From the NCBI GenBank assembly GCA_046290465.1, contig JBKAGP010000001.1, forward strand, positions 3,520,001 to 3,584,000: a stretch of 64,000 bases of DNA, read 5' to 3'. Below, piece by piece: positions 58,201-64,000 of this stretch. Under the pieces are notes generated by a model, which did no database searches, had not been told where the DNA came from, and saw only the letters and a program-made list of their open reading frames with translations. This stretch comes from Planctomycetota bacterium (GTDB lineage: Bacteria; Planctomycetota; UBA1135; UBA2386). A program made the translations under genes and the position numbers. How positions within the stretch are numbered: the first letter of the stretch is position 1; each line of letters opens with the position of its first letter.

Positions 58201-59559
58201 GACGCGCCGAGCAAGGCCGCCGAAGCCAGCGTGAGCAAGCCGGACGGCGACAAGGCCGACAAGAAGAGCAAGCAGCTGACCCCGGTCGAACGCCGCGCCA
58301 AGGTCGCTCGCGAATGGTACCGGACCCGCATCGACGTGGCCGGCCGCGTGCTGGCCGACGAGCTGCGCAAGCTCGAGCGCGAGAAGGGCGAACTCGAACG
58401 CACGCTGCCGTCGGCGCTGGTCATGGAGGAGCTCGACGAGCCGCGCAAGACGCGCGTGTTCGTGCGTGGCGACTACCGCAACCCCGGCGAGGAGGTCGAG
58501 GTCGGCACGCCGTCGATGCTGCCCCCGATGCCGAAGGACCTGCCGAAGAACCGCCTCGGCCTGGCCAGGTGGCTGATGTCGGGCGATCACCCGCTGACCG
58601 CGCGGGTCACCGTCAACCGGGCGTGGCAGCAGTTCTTCGGCCGCGGCATCGTCAGCACGGCGGAGGACTTCGGCATCCGCGGTGCGCAGCCGAGCCACCC
58701 GCAGCTGCTCGACTGGCTGGCGACCGAGTTCGTGCAGAGCGGCTGGAACCTCAAGAAGCTGCACCGCTCGATCGTGCTGTCGGCGACCTACCGCCAGAAC
58801 GCGCACATGTCGAAGCAGGCCCTGGCCAGCGACCCCGACAACGTGCGGCTGGCGCGCGGCCCGCACCAACGCCTGACGGCCGAGATGGTGCGCGACCAGG
58901 CGCTGCACGTCGCCGGCCTGCTCAAGCAGAAGGTCGGCGGCAAGAGCGTCAAGCCGTTCCAGCCCGAGGGCCTGTGGCGCGCGACGCTCGGCTCGGGCCG
59001 CTGGTCGCAGGACAAGGATGACGAACGCTACCGCCGCGGCCTCTACGTCTACTGGAAGCGCGGCGTGCCGTACCCGTCGTTCATGGCGTTCGACGCGAGC
59101 AAGCGCGAGACCTGCACGGTGACGCGCACGCGCACGACCACGCCGCTGCAGGCGCTCGTCATGCTCAACGACCCGGTCTACGCCGAGGCCGGCCGCCACC
59201 TGGGCCAGCGCCTGCAGAAGGACGGCGGCGACGACGATCGCGCCCGCATCGCGTTCGGCTTCAAGCTGGTCGCCTCGCGCGCGCCCGAGCCCAAGGAGGT
59301 CGAGCTGCTGACCCGGCTGCTCGGCCAGCTCCGCAAGCACTACGAGGCCAACGACAAGGACGCCAAGGCGGTGCTCGGCCTGGAGGAGAAGAAGCCGAAC
59401 TCACGAGGGCGCTCGCGCGGCACCCCGACACCGAAACCCAAACCCGTCGCGCGGTCGTCGAAGCAGCGCAAGGACGACGTGCCGCCGGCCGAGGCCGCGG
59501 CCTGGGCGCAGCTCGGCTGCACGCTGCTGAACCTCGAAGCCGCGATCCGGAGGGGCTGA
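55240..59559 (+). CDS. PSD1/planctomycete cytochrome c domain protein (DUF1549 + DUF1553)
   Basis: CYSCH and [11 protein letters not shown] heme motifs; [46 protein letters not shown]; alternative start 55231. Confidence 0.93.
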   Translation: MPRPTRRLLGGVALVLTTTAAAQHDGVVPEPAAAASVDYLRDVRPILAEHCYSCHGPDQKERKGDLRLDLKKDAFADRGDYAVVKPNDPDDSELLLRITSDDPDEVMPPPDCDDALKPAEVEVLRKWIAEGAGWQEHWAFVPPKRPATPPVQDGDWTRNDIDAFVLARLEQQGLRPSGEATREQWLRRVTFDLIGLPPTPKEIDAFLRDTSADAYAKVVDRLLADERYGERMATDWLDAARYADSSGYQRDSSREAWKWRDWVIDALNQNMPFDRFAIEQLAGDLLPEPTLDQRIATGFNRNHPVNTEAGEELDEYRSAYVIDRVHTTATTFLGLTVACAQCHDHKYDPISQKEFYSFYGFFNSIKERDNGSGRNPKPAIAAPDEDQLARLRDLEARIEMLKKRLEQDDPITDQFQTRWENATRKRLGGPIAWTPLKPTEFMARYGSRLVLQDDHSVLATGPTPSRDTYDLVFAPGKRKIQAIRIEVLPDPSMPHGASGRADDGRFILSRLTSRMTSVSDSSDPPLIAYALAEADINQKRDRDEHYLTAINPGSFGASVAVEDDSGSGGFRRSFGGWSIAGDERKQAREAVLIPIEPLDSNAMSLLRLTLEHNSRNKFRSLIGRFRVSFTEDPRVREQLVPLAETHWRSIGPFPAPSVAAAHALPFGPEKDLKEPNWKKKHNQPILPKKEEASSKKPAGGGKPGEKAPAANAAVAKGKPRPAGPKTAEAGKGRADTPKPAATTGAAKGKPTGKADPKPVAAAPAKKPAPQQQDDEKDDEQARPKRKPKPKRLAWTEQTKWRDGSRATVPVTGPASATYLSRTLTTRQPRTARIELSGGEGAKVWLNGKVVGDFAPSPTPATPPKPQTGSPMAFDPADFDPETFDFANFDPAMFENFDPSQLRRSRSTSKPRELRIGLRKGENHLVVKLTGKGSSPSSSRRGGGSSTSPSPMSRRSRSSGTSFTFEIVPEGDDVLNYETMLAVRGRAGDAPSKAAEASVSKPDGDKADKKSKQLTPVERRAKVAREWYRTRIDVAGRVLADELRKLEREKGELERTLPSALVMEELDEPRKTRVFVRGDYRNPGEEVEVGTPSMLPPMPKDLPKNRLGLARWLMSGDHPLTARVTVNRAWQQFFGRGIVSTAEDFGIRGAQPSHPQLLDWLATEFVQSGWNLKKLHRSIVLSATYRQNAHMSKQALASDPDNVRLARGPHQRLTAEMVRDQALHVAGLLKQKVGGKSVKPFQPEGLWRATLGSGRWSQDKDDERYRRGLYVYWKRGVPYPSFMAFDASKRETCTVTRTRTTTPLQALVMLNDPVYAEAGRHLGQRLQKDGGDDDRARIAFGFKLVASRAPEPKEVELLTRLLGQLRKHYEANDKDAKAVLGLEEKKPNSRGRSRGTPTPKPKPVARSSKQRKDDVPPAEAAAWAQLGCTLLNLEAAIRRG

Positions 59560-59567
59560 TCATGAAC

Positions 59568-60998
59568 ATGTCCGAACACCTTTCGCGCCGTTCCTTCGTC
59601 GGCGGCAGCGCCATGGGCCTCGGCTCGCTGGCGTTCTCGATGCTGTCGCAGCGCGGCCTCGCCCAGACTGCAGCGCCGACGCTGCAGGGACCGCAGGACC
59701 CCGAATGGAAGCTCGACAAGGCGCAGGCCAAGCGCGTCGTCGTGATCTTCCTGTCGGGTGGCCTGTCGCAGCAGGACCTGTTCGACGAGAAGCCGCTGCT
59801 CAACGAACGCCGCGGCGAGCAGCTGCCGCCGTCGGTGCGCCAGGGCGGCCGCGTCTCGGGCCTGACCGAGCGCCAGGGGCAGCTGCCCGTGGTCGGCAGC
59901 AAGTTCGAGTTCGAGGACTACGGCAAGTCCGGCCTGCGCATGTCCGAACTGGTGCCGCACCTCGGCGAGGTCGCCGACGACCTGTGCCTGATCCGTTCGC
60001 TGCAGAGCGACCACGTGCTGCACGAAGCCGCCAACACGATCTTCTTCACCGGCACGCAGCTGCTCGGCAGACCGTCGTGGGGCGCCTGGTCGTCGTACGC
60101 GCTCGGCGACGGCAAGAGCAACCTGCCGGAGTTCGTCGTGCTGCTGTCCAACCCCAACCCGTCGACGCCGCTGCACCCGCGGCTGTGGCACAACGGCTTC
60201 CTCGAGGGCCGCCACCAGGGCGTTCCGTTCCGCAGCGGCAAGGACCCGGTGCTGTTCGTGAAGAGCCCGAAGGGCGTCGACGAGAAGGTGCGCAAGTACC
60301 AGCTCGACGCGTTGAAGGAGCTCAACCAGATGGAGGCCGGCCGCAGCGGCGACCCGGACGCGGTCGCGCGGCTGGCGGCCTACGAGACCGCCGCGCGCAT
60401 GCAGACGAGCGTGCCCGAACTCGCCGACCTGTCGGACGAACCGGACGAACTGCTCGAGGACTACGGCGCCGAGCCGGGCGAGAGCAGCTTTGCCAACAAC
60501 TGCCTGCTGGCGCGCCGCCTGCTCGAGCGCGGGGTCAAGTTCGTGCAGCTGTGCGACGCCGGTTGGGACCACCACTTCAACATCCCGCGCGTGCTGCCGC
60601 GCAAGTGCGAACAGGTCGACAAGCCGACCGCCGCGCTGATCCGCGACCTCAAGAACCGCGGCATGCTCGACGACACGATCGTGGTGTTCGCCGGCGAGTT
60701 CGGCCGCACGCCCTACTGTGAGGGCCCGCTGGCGTTCGACACCTACGGCCGCGACCACAACAATCTGGCGTGCTCGGCGATCGTCGCCGGCGGCGGCTTC
60801 AAGGGCGGCTACGCGCACGGCAAGACCGACGACTGGGGCTGGTCCGCCGCCGAGGACATCGTGCACGTGCACGACCTGCACGCGACGATCCTGCACCAGC
60901 TGGGCATCAACCACGAGAAGCTGACCGTTCGCAGCCAGGGCCGCGACTTCCGCCTCACCGACGTCGCCGGCCGCATCGAACCCCGACTCCTCACCTGA
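59568..60998 (+). CDS. DUF1501 domain protein with Tat signal
   Basis: SRRSF; AKRVV.IF.SGG.SQ.DLFD.KP, LLARRL.ERGV.FV, WDHH, GEFGRTP, GRDH; alternative start 59562. Confidence 0.93.
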   Translation: MSEHLSRRSFVGGSAMGLGSLAFSMLSQRGLAQTAAPTLQGPQDPEWKLDKAQAKRVVVIFLSGGLSQQDLFDEKPLLNERRGEQLPPSVRQGGRVSGLTERQGQLPVVGSKFEFEDYGKSGLRMSELVPHLGEVADDLCLIRSLQSDHVLHEAANTIFFTGTQLLGRPSWGAWSSYALGDGKSNLPEFVVLLSNPNPSTPLHPRLWHNGFLEGRHQGVPFRSGKDPVLFVKSPKGVDEKVRKYQLDALKELNQMEAGRSGDPDAVARLAAYETAARMQTSVPELADLSDEPDELLEDYGAEPGESSFANNCLLARRLLERGVKFVQLCDAGWDHHFNIPRVLPRKCEQVDKPTAALIRDLKNRGMLDDTIVVFAGEFGRTPYCEGPLAFDTYGRDHNNLACSAIVAGGGFKGGYAHGKTDDWGWSAAEDIVHVHDLHATILHQLGINHEKLTVRSQGRDFRLTDVAGRIEPRLLT

Positions 60999-61012
60999 GT
61001 TGCGGTACGGTA

Positions 61013-61074
61013 CGCGGTTCATCCTCCAACGTTCGCGAACGCAAGCACTCGCGAACGTTGGACGATGCATCGCG
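61013..61074. repeat. Imperfect 26-bp inverted repeat between convergent genes
   Basis: CGCGGTTCATCCTCCAACGTTCGCGA-N10-TCGCGAACGTTGGACGATGCATCGCG (3 mismatches). Confidence 0.8.
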
Positions 61075-61104
61075 CGCCCGCTCGGGCAACGTTCGCCGGT
61101 CCAT

Positions 61105-61443
61105 TCACTTCTTTGCCGTGCGGCGGGTCGCCGTCGCGACGGCGAACTGCCAGGCGGACTGCACGGCGTCCTCGACGACCTGACGCGGCACGCGGTCGAG
61201 CGACACCAGCGTGCAGCCGGCGCGGCCCCACGCACCGCTCGCCGGTCGGAACGCGTCGCCCGAGGCGAGCAGTTGCTGCTGCGTGCCCGGCGGCACCTTG
61301 ACCATCGCGGTCACCCCGTCGGCGTGCAGCGTCGCGAACACGCGGCCGCCGTGGCGGAAGTCGGCGTTGCCGTGGTGCGAACCCTCGACGCAGTCGGGAC
61401 AGGCGAGCGCAAACCTGCGGAACTGATCGGGCGTGACGGGCAC
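61105..61443 (-). CDS. MmcQ/YjbR family protein
   Basis: FRRFALA.P...EGSH.G..DFR.GGRVFATL, GAWGR.G.T.V.L. Confidence 0.85.
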   Translation of the reverse strand: MPVTPDQFRRFALACPDCVEGSHHGNADFRHGGRVFATLHADGVTAMVKVPPGTQQQLLASGDAFRPASGAWGRAGCTLVSLDRVPRQVVEDAVQSAWQFAVATATRRTAKK

Positions 61444-61592
61444 CCGCGAGATGCTAACCGCCTCCGCACGAGCGGCTCCAGGTCGACGACCGACCCGTCC
61501 ACCCCCGCGCGCGACGGCGCCACCCCTCTGCCCACAACCTTCCGCATCCGGCAGTAGGCCGCGGCTATGATCGGCGCGCCGTTCGGCCATCG

Positions 61593-64000
61593 ATGGAAGA
61601 TCTCCGCACAGACCCGCTGCTCGCCAAGACCACCGAGGTCAAGGGCTTCAAGGTGCTGCCGCCGTGCGTGCTCTACGCCCGCATCGGCGCCGGCGGCATG
61701 GGAGCGGTCTACCGCGGCCACCACCTCAACCTCGACATCGAGGTGGCGGTCAAGTGCCTGAAGCCCGGCCTCGTCGTCGACGACCCGACGTTTGTCGACC
61801 GCTTCAAGCGCGAGGGCCGCTCCGCGGCGCGCATCAACCACCAGAACGTGATCCGCGTGTTCGACGTCGCGGAGAACCTCGGCCTGCACTACCTGATCCT
61901 CGAATACGTGCAGGGCGAGACCGCGCGGCAGCGGGTCGAACGCAAGGGCCCGCTCGCGGTCCCCGAAGCGCTGCAGATCGTCTACGAGGCGTCGCTCGGC
62001 CTCGGCGAGGCGCACCGCATGGGGATCATCCACCGCGACATCAAGCCCGACAACCTGCTGATCTCGGTGCGCGGCCAGGTCAAGGTCGCCGACCTCGGCC
62101 TGGCCAAGCCTTCGATCGGCGGCGGCCAGTCGGTCGTGTCGATGGCGGGTCAGGTGATGGGCACGCCGCCCTACATGCCGCCCGAGCAGTGGGGCGAAGG
62201 AACGGTCACCAACGCGTCCGACGTCTGGGCGATGGGCGCGGTGCTCTACTACCTGCTGACGGCGCGCGAGGCGATCCAGGGCGACTCGCTCGCCAACATC
62301 ATGAGCCGCATCGTGCTGCAGGACTTCCCGGACGTGCGCGAACTGCGTCCGGACGTTCCGCACAGCGTCGCGGCGCTGATGGCCAAGGCCACGGCCAAGG
62401 ACGCGGGACAACGGTTCTTCGACGCCACCGAGCTGGCGCACGCGGTCGCCGAGTTGCCCGAACACCGCATCTCGCTGATCGACACCGACGCCGGTACGAC
62501 CGAGCTGCGCACGATGCTGTCCCCGCCGCCGATGCCGCAGCTCGACGAGATCAAGCAGCTGCTGCGCGAGGGCAAGGTCACGACGCGCAACCAGGCGGGG
62601 CCCAACGGCCCGGCCACGGACCGGACCGGCACGGACGGTACCGGCGGGAACGGCACCGACGAGCAAACGGCCGAACGGACCGGTGCGAGGTTTCGCTGGG
62701 CGATCGTGCTGCTGGTGCTCGTGCTCGGCGGCGGCGGGGCCACCGCATGGATCAACCGGGACGCGCTGTTCGGAACCTCGCGACCGTCGGACCCCGTCCC
62801 CAACCCGGCGCGACCGAGCGTCGACCCGCTCGCGCAAGCGCGCGAACTGCAGCAGCAGCAGCGCTTCGTCGCGGCGCTGGTCGCGGCGCGCACCGCCTTC
62901 GACGATGGCGACGTTGCCGAGGACCAGGTGCTGCTGTCGCAGCTGCGCGAGGGCAGCCGCGCGCAGCTCGCCACCGCGCTGCAGCAGCTCGCGCCGAAGG
63001 CGCCGGTGCCGCGCGACCAGCCGGTGCGCTTCGAAGGCCGCTACGACGGCCCGAAGATCGACGCGCTGCTGCTCGACGACGAGCCGGTCGAGCTGGTCGC
63101 CGGCAGCTTCGCCGCGACGCGCACGCCGCCGCCGAACGGCGCCATCGAACTGGCCGCGCGCATCACGCCGACGGACACCGTGCCGATCGCGACGTGGCAG
63201 GTGACGTTTGCACCGGCCGGCCGCGACGAGCCCGCCGCGGCACCGGTGCAGTTCGTCGGCGCGGTGACCACCGACCCCGCGCTCGGGCCGCGCAACACGA
63301 TCGGCCGGTTCCCGATCACGCTCGTGGGCCGCGCCAGCGAGCCGGATCTCGAACTGCTGCTCGGCGACCAGGTGCTGACCGCCGTGCAGTGGCAGCCCGA
63401 CGGCGCGTTCACGACCGGCATCCTGCTTGCCAGGGAAGGCCGCAACGACCTGCAGCTGACCGTGCGGCGCCCCGGCGAGTTCGACGGCGCCACGACCTCG
63501 CTCGAAGTCGTGCGCCTGATCGAGCCGCCGAACGCGCGGATCGTGAGCCCGGCTGCCGCGTCGATGTCGACCAACCGGACCCGGATCGACATCGAGGTCG
63601 AGGCAGACGAGTGGACCGACCAGGTGGTGGCCGTGCTGCGCGAGCAGCGCACGGCGCTGCAGCGCATCGACGGCGGCGAACGCTGGCAGACGCCCGCACC
63701 GATCGAGCTCGACGACGGCAACAACGCGTTGGTCGTCGAAGTTCGCAACCTGACCGGCAAGGTGCGTTCGCTGCCGCTCGACGTCACCTGCACGGCGCCG
63801 ACGCCGAAGATCACAGGCGTCGCGATCGAGGTCGGCGGCGAGCGTCGCACGGTGCAGCCCGGCGAACGCGTCTGCGTGAAGCAACGACCGGGACTCGAGG
63901 TCGCGATCGACGACCCGACCGCAAAGCTCGAGGTCGACGGAAACGCACGCGAGCGCCGGTTCCTGCTGTCCTCGGGCCAACCGGGCAAGGCCCGCTCGCT
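61593..64000 (+). CDS. Membrane Ser/Thr protein kinase with extracytoplasmic Ig-like region, 3'-truncated by window edge
   Basis: IGAGGMGAVY, VAVK, HRDIKPDN, DLGLAK, GTPPYMPPEQ, DVWAMG; TM FRWAIVLLVLVLGGGG; absent from the ORF track because no stop lies in the window. Confidence 0.95.
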   Translation, partial: MEDLRTDPLLAKTTEVKGFKVLPPCVLYARIGAGGMGAVYRGHHLNLDIEVAVKCLKPGLVVDDPTFVDRFKREGRSAARINHQNVIRVFDVAENLGLHYLILEYVQGETARQRVERKGPLAVPEALQIVYEASLGLGEAHRMGIIHRDIKPDNLLISVRGQVKVADLGLAKPSIGGGQSVVSMAGQVMGTPPYMPPEQWGEGTVTNASDVWAMGAVLYYLLTAREAIQGDSLANIMSRIVLQDFPDVRELRPDVPHSVAALMAKATAKDAGQRFFDATELAHAVAELPEHRISLIDTDAGTTELRTMLSPPPMPQLDEIKQLLREGKVTTRNQAGPNGPATDRTGTDGTGGNGTDEQTAERTGARFRWAIVLLVLVLGGGGATAWINRDALFGTSRPSDPVPNPARPSVDPLAQARELQQQQRFVAALVAARTAFDDGDVAEDQVLLSQLREGSRAQLATALQQLAPKAPVPRDQPVRFEGRYDGPKIDALLLDDEPVELVAGSFAATRTPPPNGAIELAARITPTDTVPIATWQVTFAPAGRDEPAAAPVQFVGAVTTDPALGPRNTIGRFPITLVGRASEPDLELLLGDQVLTAVQWQPDGAFTTGILLAREGRNDLQLTVRRPGEFDGATTSLEVVRLIEPPNARIVSPAAASMSTNRTRIDIEVEADEWTDQVVAVLREQRTALQRIDGGERWQTPAPIELDDGNNALVVEVRNLTGKVRSLPLDVTCTAPTPKITGVAIEVGGERRTVQPGERVCVKQRPGLEVAIDDPTAKLEVDGNARERRFLLSSGQPGKARS

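Noticed and set aside
55240..60998. DUF1549/DUF1553 + DUF1501 pair as a new system
   Set aside because: Well-known, highly paralogous planctomycete gene pair
1..64000. Many long Arg/Ala/Pro-rich ORFs in the track (e.g. 17591-20704, 30284-34123, 40389-45275, 55144-59340)
   Set aside because: Shadow frames of real genes in high-GC DNA; no motifs

Overview
High-GC (about 70% by eye) bacterial chromosomal window with about 48 CDS and one tRNA-Asp(GTC). It is almost certainly from Planctomycetota, given the PSD1/DUF1549-DUF1553 cytochrome c + DUF1501 pair, ECF sigma, Ser/Thr kinase and many secreted proteins. Housekeeping genes include gpmI, ppk1, pilT, OsmC and a DjlA-like co-chaperone; the rest is largely envelope or secreted proteins. 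No CRISPR array, integrase or transposase was seen. Best candidate for an undescribed system: an ECF sigma factor translationally coupled to an alpha-2-macroglobulin that has an anti-sigma-like N-terminus, an intact GCFEQ thioester motif and a two-helix membrane hairpin where the bait region should be, i.e. a possible protease-trap/sensor. Other leads: three apparent pseudo-enzymes (ChpT-like kinase, catalytically dead double retropepsin, degenerate HEPN), two candidate small RNAs near tRNA-Asp, BlaI and TetR operators, a shared C-terminal domain on secreted proteins, a +1 Gln bias after signal peptides, REP/MITE-like palindromes and duplications spanning stop codons. All family calls come from motif recognition by eye, not database searches.
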